This document shows positions 35,301 through 46,900 of a stretch of DNA of 64,000 bases, piece by piece. Source of the DNA: Macrostomum lignano (taxonomy: Eukaryota); the NCBI GenBank assembly GCA_002269645.1, contig NIVC01000440.1:1-64000 (forward strand), in the 5' to 3' direction. The translations under genes were made by a program, and so were the position numbers. The notes beneath the pieces are model-generated. The model was not told the origin of the DNA. It ran no database searches and saw nothing but the letters and a program-made list of their open reading frames with translations. Position 1 is the stretch's first letter, and each line of letters starts with the position of its first letter.

Positions 35301-38300
35301 CCATTTTTCCTACTTAAACTACATAAATCCAACTATTCGGCTATATTATTGACGCTTCTAATTGCATTTTTCTTACCACTAGAGTCTACCTATAACTATC
35401 TACGTGTTGCTATAAAAATGAAAAAATTCCAATCCCAACCTGCACCCATTAATTTGACAATCCGCAGGCGGCGGCAGTTCAATGGATCAGACAAAATCAG
35501 ATAAAAAATCACAGCAGAATCGCGGGCGACCAGACGTCGGCAACAAGTCGGTGCAAAACACCGGCCGCCCGCAGCAGCAGCAGCCTCCGTCGCCCTCGTC
35601 GACAGCCGCCGCCTCCGCGGATTCGTCGGACCAGCCAGCCGAGGTGCCCGACGATTTCAAATCGATTGGCAGCTCGGATCCCAGAGCGGTTGAGCTGTTG
35701 AAACGGCACAAACTGCCCAGAATGCGCTGCCTATTAAGCGACTATATGCGCCGCTATTGCATAGAGGAAAGCGAATTAAGAATCGAATACTCCACCTGCG
35801 CCCCGGCAACTAATAATCCAGCATCCGGTCGGCATCATCATCATCATCACCGGCCGCATCAGCAGCACACCTGCTGCCTGACCCTGCGCGGCAGTCAGTC
35901 CGGCCAGTGCGTCGGCCGCAGCAAAGCGGCAGCCTACGACTTGGCGGCGCAGCGCCTGCTGGCCCAAGCCTATCCGATGGCTGGCAGCTTCTATTCCATA
36001 TTGAAACTGGTCGGGCCTTTGAGTCACGCAGCCGCTCTGGCTGGTCAGAAAAATGAATTTGCCGAGGTTTGTCAACACTTCTTTTGCCCAGATCTTCTCT
36101 TGTCTGGATTTTCGCTTTTTGGCCTTTTGTTTCATTTTTAAATGCCGACAAAAGATAGAACTCATTTTTCGCTACATACCTTTCCTTTCTCTGCCCCTAT
36201 ATCCTTCCTCTGCCTCACCCTCTATATCTACTCTCCTACTCTATCTCTCTCTCTCCTTTACTTCTCCCTACTCTACTCCAGTCCCCCAGTCCTTCTACCT
36301 TCTACCTCAGTCTCCCATCCCTCCTCTACCCCAGTCTCCCATCCCCCTCTATCCTAGTCTCCCGTCCTTCCTCTACCCTAGTCTCCCGTCCTTCCTGTAC
36401 CCCAGTCTCCCGTCCTTCATCTACCCCAGTCTCCCATCCCCCTCTATCCTAGTCTCCCGTCCTTCCTCTACCCTAGTCTCCCGTCCTTCCTGTACCCCAG
36501 TCTCCCGTCCTTCCTGTACCCCAGTCTCCCGTCCTTTATGTACCCCAGTCTCCCGTCCTTCCTGTACCCCAGTCTCCCGTCCTTCCTGTACCCCAGTCTC
36601 CCGTCCTTTATGTACCCCAGTCTCCCGTCCTTCCTCTACCCTAGTCTCCCGTCCTTCCTCTATCCTAGTCTCCCGTCCTTCCTCTACCCTAGTCTCCCGT
36701 CCTTCCTGTACCCCAGTCTCCCGTCCTTCATCTACCCCAGTCTCCCGTCCTTTATGTACCCCAGTCTCCCGTCCTTCCTCTACCCTAGTCTCCCGTCCTT
36801 CCTGTACCCCAGTCTCCCGTCCTTCATCTACCCCAGTCTCCCGTCCTTCCTGTACCCCAGTCTCCCGTCCTTCATCTACCCCAGTCTCCCGTCCTTTATG
36901 TACCCCAGTCTCCCGTCCTTCATCTACCCCAGTCTCCCGTCGTTCATCTACCCCAGTCTCCCGTCCTTCCTGTACCCCAGTCTCCCGTCCTTCCTGTACC
37001 CCAGTCTCCCGTCCTTCATCTACCCCAGTCTCCCGTCCTTTATGTACCCCAGTCTCCCGTCCTTCATCTACCCCAGTCTCCCGTCCTTCATCTACCCCAG
37101 TCTCCCATCCCCCCTGTACCCCAGTCTCCCGTCGTTCATCTACCCCAGTCTCCCGTCCTTCATCTACCCCAGTCTCCCATCCGCCTGTACCCCAGTCTCC
37201 CGTCCTTCATCTACCCCAGTCTCCCGTCCTTCATCTACCCCAGTCTCCCATCCCCCTGTACCCCAGTCTCCCGTCCTTCATCTACCCCAGTCTCCCGTCC
37301 TTCATCTACCCCAGTCTCCCATCCCCCTGTACCCCAGTCTCCCGTCCTTCATCTACCCCAGTCTCCCGTCCTTCATCTACCCCAGTCTCCCGTCGTTCAT
37401 CTACCCCAGTCTCCCGTCCTTCATCTACCCCAGTCTCCCATCCCCCTGTACCCCAGTCTCCCGTCCTTCATCTACCCCAGTCTCCCGTCCTTCATCTACC
37501 CCAGTCTCCCGTCGTTCATCTACCCCAGTCTCCCGTCGTTCATCTACCCCAGTCTCCCGTCCTTCATCTACCCCAGTCTCCCGTCCTTCATCTACCCCAG
37601 TCTCCCATCCCCCTGTACCCCAGTCTCCCGTCGTTCATCTACCCCAGTCTCCCGTCCTTCATCTACCCCAGTCTCCCGTCCTTCATGTACCCCAGTCTCC
37701 CGTCCTTCATGTACCCCATTCTGCATCGAGCATAAAAAATAGAAAAATGTCAAAGTTAGACATCAATTTTCATGACCACACGGTCAAATTTAAAAACTTT
37801 TGCTTGTCGCTGTAAATTGGCAATGTATATATCTGGATGTCAAATTCAAACATAGTTAATTGACTCCAGCAGACAATAAGGCGGCACACGCAATCGCTGC
37901 ACAACCTTTCCTCTCCTTATTTTATCATAATTGTCTCGTTTATTATATTTCAAATGTCTATTCTGTAATAGTATTTATGAAACTTCAGGTCCAAGAGCAG
38001 CTGAAGAGCTCAGACCGAGGCACTCTAAAGAAGGGCCTGCTGGACATGCTTCGGCGGAAACTGCGCGAACTCGGCCGGAACTGGACCGAATACGGACCGC
38101 AGTTTAAAGGAAAATTCTACGACATACCGGAGCTGCTGCCCCGGATCGAGCCCCATCCGGACTCCGCTCTGCCAACGTTCAGCATGGACGAGACCGCGGC
38201 CGCCGCGTCAGCCAAGACTGAACTAGTGGAATCCGATCCTATGGAACCTGCACCCCACGTAGCCATGGATGTGGAAGTGCCAACAAGTGGAAATCAGCCG

Positions 38301-38339
38301 GAAAGTCAACTGGAATTGGCGTCGGAACATCAAGATTAG
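29365..38339 (+). CDS. DGCR8: Microprocessor subunit DGCR8/Pasha, 6 exons, ~872 aa
   Basis: Exons 29365-29714, 30362-31054, 32402-32765, 33969-34230, 35468-36066, 37989-38339 (total 2619 nt). WW/Rhed LPPSWIPIDHTSGLTMYLHKPTKVVTLARPY with LPCL heme Cys; dsRBD1 INPVGK...GKNKRLARHMAA; dsRBD2 ...YDLAAQRLL...YSILKLVG. The exon-2 donor is uncertain. Confidence 0.9.
29725..37718. repeat. Five different minisatellites, one in each DGCR8 intron
   Basis: 12-bp CAGACCCATCCT 29725-30190; 24-bp ACCATGCTGATGGGGAACTGTTCT 31144-32270; GA-rich 32805-33775; 19-bp GAGTCTGATTGACCTACCT 34255-35256; 21-bp CTACCCCAGTCTCCCGTCCTT 36280-37718. Confidence 0.95.
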
Positions 38340-38759
38340 CTGGAAATACAAAGGAATCCGAACCGAAGCTTGAAGCGTCATTTGCAATTAATTTCGAAAG
38401 TGAAGTTTAGAAGTGATAATAATATTAATAGAAGTAATAAAAGACAGTAAAAATATCGGTAACGAAAGTTAAATGGAGGCCATCCTCGAAAATGGGACAG
38501 AAGCTGAAAACAACATTCTCTGAAAAAAGGCAGTAATGGAAAAAAATCGTCAGAAAAAAGACTGGAACTGAAATCGTGGTCTTGGAATTGAAAGAATCGC
38601 CGAAAAGATATTTTTAAAAATGCACGATATTAAAAAATCAGACTGCAAATAGACAAGTTTAAAGAATCCTTATTAATGAAACAGAAGCTGATGACTTCCT
38701 TGGAAATGAAACATAAGCTGAAGGAATATTTGTACTTAAAGTAAATGAGACAAGCTAAA

Positions 38760-39462
38760 GACATTAATGGAAATGAGACATGAGCTGAAGACATCCTTGG
38801 AAATGAGACATAAGCTTGAAGACATCCTTGGAAATAAAACAAAAGCTGAATACATTCTTGGTGATGAGACAGAAGCTAAACCCATTGGAAGTAAAACAGA
38901 AGCTAAATACATTCTTGGTAATGAGACGGAAGCTGAAGACATCCTTGGAAATGAGACGGAAGCTGAAGACATCCTTGGAAATGAGACGGAAGCTGAAGAC
39001 ATCCTTGGAAATGAGACGGAAGCTGAAGACATCCTTGGTAATGAGACGGAAGCTGAAGACATCCTTGGTAATGAGACGGAAGCTGAAGACATCCTTGGAA
39101 ATGAGACGGAAGCTGAAGACATTAGAAATGAAACAGAAGCTGAATACATTCTTGGTAATGAAACGGAAGCTGAAGACATCCTTGGAAATGAGACGGAAGC
39201 TGAAGACATCCTTGGTAATGAGATGAAAGCTGAAGACATTAGAAATGAAACAGAAGCTGAATATATTCTTGGTAATGAAACGGAAGCTGAAGACATCCTT
39301 GGTAATGAGATGAAAGCTGAAGACATTAGAAATGAAACAGAAGCTGAATACATTCTTGGTAATGAAACGGAAGCTGAAGACATCCTTGGTAACAAGATAA
39401 AAGCTGAAGACATTAGAAATGAAACAGAAGCTGAAGACATTCTCGGTAATGAGACAGAAACT
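38760..39462. repeat. 30/27-bp minisatellite downstream of DGCR8 (reads GNETEAEDIL)n
   Basis: GAAGACATCCTTGGAAATGAGACGGAAGCT units; ORF 38767-39465. Confidence 0.9.
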
Positions 39463-40182
39463 TAAAGAATCGTCGAAATGAAACCGAAGGGAACCGAAAA
39501 TACAGTCGAAAGTACGAGCTAAAACCGGGACTAAAACCATCAAGAGTGCAACCGATACTGGAGACCTATTTTAATTGTGGTAACCACCACTGACTCAACT
39601 GATTTTGCAATGAGGAGTAAGTTCAAAGCTTAAACAGAATTCCTAGTTTTAATTTAACAAGCTATCCGATCAAATGAGAGATTCCTTTGATTTTTTCGCG
39701 GTAAGTGAAACTGACTTTGTGATTTATGCTTTATGCATCGTATGTTCACTACACTCTAACTTAATGTTTTTATTCGTAATTTTTTTAAAAATCGTTGTTT
39801 TATCGCAACTAACTCATTCATTTTGCAATCTGTTTAATTACGAGTTAATTTAATACCTTAGCTTATTGTACATGTATATTTTGTCATGATATTCAAACTT
39901 GATACAAACCATAAGCTCTCAACTTTAAATGTCACGACAATTAGCGTGACAAAAGTGTTACGAGCTACTACCCAACTTGCCTTAATTACCAAGTAGTTTA
40001 CGCTACGTAGAAATGTCTGTGCACATCAAAATAAACACAAAATGCATTCGGCCATTTGTTAAGCGTTAACTTAACGCGCTTCTAATCGGGCAGTATTAAT
40101 TATTTCATTTGTTTGTATTGTCACTTTATTTTGAAAAAGCTAGTTTTAGTTTCCATAAGTATAATTAACATAATTAGACTAC

Positions 40183-40815
40183 CTGGGCTGCGCAATAAGA
40201 AGGGAGGGGTGGATCTACAGATAATGGCTTGGGGCTGCGCGATAAGAAGGGAGGGTGGATCTACAGATAATGGCTTGGGGCTGCGCGATAAGAAGGGAGG
40301 GTGGATCTACAGATAATGGCTTGGGGCTGCGCGATAAGACGGGAGGGGTGGGTCTACAGATAATGGCTTGGGGCTGCGCGATAAGAAGGGAGGGTGGATC
40401 TACAGATAATGGCTTGGGGCTGCGCGATAAGAAGGGAGGGGTGGGTCTACAGATAATGGCTTGGGGCTGCGCGATAAGACGGGAGGGGTGGGTCTACAGA
40501 TAATGGCTTGGGGCTGCGCGATAAGACGGGAGGGGTGGGTCTACAGATAATGGCTTGGGGCTGCGCGATAAGACGGGAGGGGTGGGTCTACAGATAATGG
40601 CTTGGGGCTGCGCGATAAGAAGGGAGGGGTGGGTCTACAGATAATGGCTTGGGGCTGCGCGATAAGACGGGAGGGGTGGGTGTTCAGATATTGGCTTGAG
40701 GCTGCGGGATACGAGGGAGGGGTGGGTGTTCAGATATTGGCTTGAGGCTGCGGGATACGAGGGAGGGGTGGGTGTTCAGATATTGGCTTGAGGCTGCGGG
40801 ATACGAGGGAGGGGT
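40183..40815. repeat. About 47-bp minisatellite upstream of iRhom-1
   Basis: CTACAGATAATGGCTTGGGGCTGCGCGATAAGAAGGGAGGGGTGGGT units. Confidence 0.93.
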
Positions 40816-40943
40816 AGAGCGACTGACAAAAACACAGCAGTTGTTATCAAGGACTGCTATTTATCTAGATAGTTATATAATTACCCACCTGTCTTGATGA
40901 TCTCTTTCAGAGAAGCTAAAAAAGAACCAATTTAATTCCGGGA

Positions 40944-43900
40944 ATGCAGCAGCAGCAGAACCCAGATGTCCCAGCTGAGCAGCAGCAATCAAACCAGCCG
41001 GCACGAGCAGGAAATCAGAAGTCGTCTTTCGTTCAATCGGTTCCATTTTATCTGACCGATTTTCACGATCGCAATTATACAGACGACGATTTAATCGGAG
41101 ATTTAGAGGCCGATTTAGCCAGGTACAGCGAAGCGGATCAGGTTGAGAGGGAGTTGGCGGACAAGCGGCAGCAGGTTCAGCAGGCTAAGCAGAGCTGGCA
41201 GCAGGTTCAGCAGGCTAAGCAGAGCTGGCAGCAGGTTCAGCAGGCTAAGCAGAGCTGGCAGCAGGTTCAGCAGGCTAAGCAGAGCTGGCAGCAGCAGAAG
41301 GCTTCGACAGTTAGCGTTGAAAGGCGTCGCCGAGTGCAGCAACGGCAGGTCAGCCATGCCGAGACTCGGACGGCGGCGAAGCGACTGGCCGAGGCCTACC
41401 GGCTGGCAACCCTGCTGCAGTGAGGATTGGGGCCGATTCAGAGTTCAGTGTCAGTTTCAGGTAGTTGAGTGTCAGTTTCAGGTAGTTGAGTGTCAGTTTC
41501 AGGTAGTTGAGTGTCAGTTTCAGGTAGTTGAGTGTCAGTGTCAGGTAAGCGCTAGCTGTGAAGACGCAGTTTCTCCGTTGTATCTTAATTCGCCACTGTC
41601 AATCACGCCATCTCTTTCGCAGCTTCCTCAAAGTGGAAATGTCCAGAGAAGGGGAGGCAAAAATCTTGGAAGCAGCAGTTTCCGAAGAACTTGGCTGCAG
41701 ACACCGGCCCTACTTCACCCTGTGGATCACTGGCGTTCACGTGATCCTGTTTGCAGTGTCCCTGCTGATGTTTGGCATTGTGACTCCCGGCATCAACACC
41801 GTTGTTCACCAGGACAAGATTGTGAAGGACAGGCACAACTTCAAGGTTAAGGTTAGTACTGTTTGTCTGTCTGTATGTCTGAGAGATCTGTCTGTATGTC
41901 TGAGAGATGTCTGTCTGTATGTCTGAGAGTTGTCTGTCTGTATGTCTGAGAGATTTCTGTCTGTATGTCTGAGAGATCTGTCTGTATGTCTGAGAGTTGT
42001 CTGTCTGTATGTCTGAGAGATCTGTCTGTATGTCTGAGAGATGTCTGTCTGTATGTCTGAGAGATCTGTCTGTATGTCTGAGAGATGTCTGTCTGTATGT
42101 CTGAAAGGTGTCTGTCTGTATGTCTGAGAGATCTGTCTGTATGTCTGAGAGATGTCTGTCTGTATGTCTGAAAGGTGTCTGTCTGTATGTCTGAGAGATC
42201 TGTCTGTATGTCTGAGAGATGTCTGTCTGTATGTCTGAAAGGTGTCTGTCTGTATGTCTGAGAGATCTGTCTGTATGTCTGAGAGATGTCTGTCTGTATG
42301 TCTGAGAGTTGTCTGTCTGTATGTCTGAGAGATCTGTCTGTATGTCTGAGAGATGTCTGTCTGTATGTCTGAGAGTTGTCTGTCTGTATGTCTGAGAGTT
42401 GTCTGTCTGTATGTCTGAGAGTTGTCTGTCTGTATGTCTGAGAGATCTGTCTGTATGTCTGAGAGATATCTGTGTGTTTGTCTGTCTGTATGTCTGAGAG
42501 ATGTCTGTCTGTATGTCTGAGAGATCTGTCTGTATGTCTGAGAGATCTGTCTGTATGTCTGAGAGATGTCTGTGTGTTTGTCTGTCTGTATGTCTGAGAG
42601 ATGTCTGTCTGTATGTCTGAAAGGTGTCTGTCTGTATGTCTGAGAGATGTCTGAGAGATGTCTGTCTGTATGTCTGAGAGATGTCTGTATGCACTGAATT
42701 TCTGTAAATTGTTACGCAATCTGCCGCTTTGCTCTTCAATCGCAGATGTGCACCATAGACTATCCAAACTTTCTGATTGGCCCGCGACTGCCCGACCTGG
42801 TCAGGCTAGGGGCCAAGTACGGACCGTGCATGCGTCGGTACTCGAGTCTGTATAGGGATGTTTTAGATCGGCTGCGATTGGATGAAGCCGCTAGCGGTTG
42901 CTGCATTCATAACGACGGTTCCGCTTGCTATCAGAGTGACATGGCCGACTGTCCGGAGCATTTAGGCACCTGGCTTAAGTGGGACAATGCTAGCAGGGTA
43001 AGTCACTTTTAAGTAAACTGTATGTATGCGACTCGAATGTAAGTTGTAAAGTGATGGTAGCCATATAGAGCTCTATGGGGTGGGGGTTGGGGGCAATGGG
43101 GCTCATGGGGTGGGGGTTGGGGAAAAGTGGAGCTCTATGGGGTGTGGGGTTGGGGCAAGTAGAGCTCTATGGGGTGTGGGGTTGGGGCAAGTAGAGGTCT
43201 ATGGGGTGTGGGGTTGGGGCAAGGGGAGGTCTATGAGGTGTGGGGTTGGGGCAAATGGAGCTCTATGGGGTGTGGTGTTGGGGCAAGGGGAGGTCTATGG
43301 GGTGTGGGGTTGGAACAAATGGAGCTCTATGGGTGTGGGGTTGGGGCAAGGGGACGTCTATGGGGTGTGGGGTTGGGGCAAGTGAAGCTCTGGGGTGTGG
43401 GGTTGGGGCAAGTGGAGGTCTATGGGGTGGGGGGTTGGGGCAAGTGGAGGTCTATGGGGTGTGGGGTTGGGGGCAAATGGAGCTCTATGGGTGTGGGGTT
43501 GGGGCAAATGGAGCTCTATGTGGTGTGGGGTTGGGGCAAGGGGAGCTCTATGGGGTGTGGGGTTGGGGCAAGGGGAGGTCTATGGGGTGTGGTGTTGGCA
43601 AATGGAGCTCTTTGGGGTGTGGGGCAAGTGGAGCTCTATGGGGTGTGGGGCAAGTGGAGCTCTATGGGGTGTGGGGCAAGTGGAGCTCTATGGGGTGTGG
43701 GGTTGGGGCAAGTGGAGCTCTATGGGGTGTGGGGTTGGGGCAAATGGAGCTCTGAACCTACGGGCAAGAGACCTGCACTTGATTGACTCGTATAACCTTA
43801 GATGAGTATCAGCTTATCTCATTGACGCACTCCCTCGCTAAAAAATCGCAGGGACCGGATGGCCGACTCAGTGGCCCCGTATGCGGAGCGGACCCTCGCA

Positions 43901-46900
43901 CCTGCGATCAGCCGCTGTCGCTTCTCGGCGGTGGCGTCAGCGTCTGGGCCGACGATGTGACTCGATGGCCGGCCTGCCAGAGGCAGACTCCGCTAGCGCC
44001 TGTGCCTGGGGAGTTGAACCACCTGGCCTGTCCGGTCAGCGCCAGGCCCTGTTGCTTCGGCTTGATCGGTGAGCAGCCATGGTAGATGAGCAATTCACCT
44101 GGTTGAACCATTTGGGGGCATTCAATTTGCAAAATAATGCTTTCAGGGTTCATGCGAGCGTACATGTAAAGCCGTAAAGACGGTCTCTGACTGTTTTTAC
44201 CCTGGCTGCCTCTCTGGTAGCTTGTCTTAGGGTTGTGCGCAATCCGATTGGCCTGGCTTCGGCTAGCCCAATTTTCTAAGGGTCCGCCCGGAGGGGCTGT
44301 GCCCATTCAAAAAATAACCCAATTTTTCATTCCAATTATTTCGGCCCTCGGCCCTGGTTTAGGGGGGGGGGTGTACCTGGAGTGAGTGTGTACTCTGGAC
44401 TGCAGTGTGACTAGAACGGGGCTTGAGCCCCCCGGTCGTACCCGCCCTGCAGGAAAGAATGACCATTCACGAAAGTGTACGGTAGAGCCTAGTTGATGCC
44501 AGCCCTGAGGCTGTGCCCCGGCAAGCAGGTCAGTAAGCAGCCTGCTAAGTAGGGTTCAGGTGCTTCTCCGTCCTGTTTTTATCCCCATTACTTGTATATT
44601 GGTTTTATTAATGTAAGGCCTTTGACTGCCGCTCCAATTTTCCGGAGTTATGAGCTCTGCCCTCCCTGCCCGGTCCATCCTGCGCTGTCCTTGGTCCATC
44701 TGCTGGCTCCTCTGGCTGTCTCCCTGCCTAAGTGTCTCTGGCTCTCATCCTGACAGTGGATTGGTGTCCTGGGTTGGATGTTCGTCCCGAATCGGGGATA
44801 CCGGCTGAGTCCGGGTCCTCTTGCTCCTGGTGTCTCTTCCCGACCCCTTGGCCTGGCCTCCAATATTGAGCTGGATAGGCGATACCCTTGGATTTTTAGC
44901 CGGTAGACGGTCTTCCTTCCTGGAGTCTCGCCCTCGGAAACAAGCCTTCCAGACCCGTAGACTTCTGGGTTTCCCCGCTCTCGGACCGCTCTCAGTAGTA
45001 ACCCAAGCTTTTTTCGCATTTCCAATTTTTTCTGCGCACTCCCGAGGACTTGTCTGCTGGGGGGTGGCCTGGGTGGACTCGGTCTCAGCACCGTCCCTGA
45101 TTCCACTTTTGGGTTGGCGGTGTCTTGTACCGTAGGTTTGGGCTAGTAGCACCAATACTCCATGTTCTCACCAGAGTCCTGATCTCTGGTCCCAATTGTG
45201 GCCTCTCGGGCTACATGCCCCTGGTAGTATGGCCCACAGACAGATCCCTGCGGTAGAGCCCCCTTTCGGGCTGATCCGCGGCAAGCCCCTGGCTTTCCAC
45301 CCCCGTTTAATTAACAACAACAACAACATGTAAAGTTAGGAATTGATGCAGACCTGAATTACACTACTGATAGTAGCTGCCAGAATTAAAAATACGAGGG
45401 GTGATCAAAAAGTTCTGCAAGTGACCTCACAACTCAATGTTACAGCAACCACGGCGTCTAATCAGTTGTCACATTCCCTCAAAGTACTTTCCACCACTAT
45501 CTATGCACCATCGCAATGCGTATGCACCATGTCTGAAAGCAGTCATGGTACTCCGAAGTTGGTATACCCTGTAGAGCTGAATTTACCGCTTGGGCAAGGT
45601 CTTGTATGTGTGAAAACGGCCTCCCAAAAATGATGGATTCGAACCTCGGGAACAGCCAAAAGTCGCATGATGCTAGGTCTGGAGAGTAGGGTGGATGGGG
45701 CAGCAGCCGGACCCCCTGCTGCTCCAGGTACGCCATGGTTGAGGCCGCTCTGTGCGGTGCCGCATTGTCATGGTGCAGCAGGAGTCGAGGTCCATGCCTG
45801 GTTCGCGCACGTTCCTGCCGCTCCTGCAGCACGCCTGGCAGAACAGTGTCTGTGTAGTACCTGGCAGTCACTGTGGCACCCGCTGGAAGGATGTTTACCG
45901 ATACAACACCCTGAGAGTTGAAAAAAAATGGTGAATATCCGCTTCCGACTGCGGAATCCGGTCTTCAGCACCTTGGGCCTCGGGCTCATCTTCTGCAGGC
46001 CAGACCATGTTGGACTGCTTATCCTTCATGGTAAAAGAAGGAGATCCAACATTTGTCTCCTGTGATGACATCCGACAGTCGTCGTGGGCCGTGGGGCTCA
46101 AACATTTGCACCCACAAGAGACAGATGCGCACCCTCTCTGCTTTCTGCTCCGGAGTGAAGAAGATGGGGTACCCACCGAGCGCAGGTCTTTGTGCGGCCC
46201 AGTCGCTCATGCATGATGTTATGAGCACTTCCATAGCTGACACCAAGCTCATAGGCAAGGAATCTTAGCGTAATGCTCCGATCCTCACGAATTATTGCAT
46301 CGGCATGGGCCACGACATCTTCGGTCACGGATGTCCGGGGTCGGCCAGACCTCGGTTCATAGTTGAAGCTGTCCCAGCCTTCCAAGAAATGGCGCAGCCA
46401 GCGGGAAACCGTGTCAAATGATGAAGCAGAGTCAGCTAAAACATTCACCGGATCGGTATGAATCTCAGTCACTTTGCAACCAAGTTGCATGCACATAAAG
46501 ATATAGAAGCGAACACTGTCTTTTGATGTTTCCATCAGCTACTGAAAACACATGGAAAATATATGGCTGTGAAATTTGACTGGAGCACATTAGGAAGCCA
46601 AAAATGCATATAAATATAGCAAACAGATATAGCCGCATAGATGTAAGTTTTTGGCTTTTTCCGATCCTATAACTAAAAGCTATAACAAAAGGTTGCAGAA
46701 CTTTTTGATCACCCCTCGTAGTTAAGGATGGTCTGAAACGGCGCCAACAAGAGATAATCAATCAACCATTTTTAGCCGCTATTTTACTCAGCCTAGCTTA
46801 ATCAGCTCAGATACTCTGGTTATATGGCTGCAGTGTTTCAGCATTTGGGGATGAGGGCAGAAAAGTTTATAGGCCAGCTTTTAACTTGATTTCTTGCATT

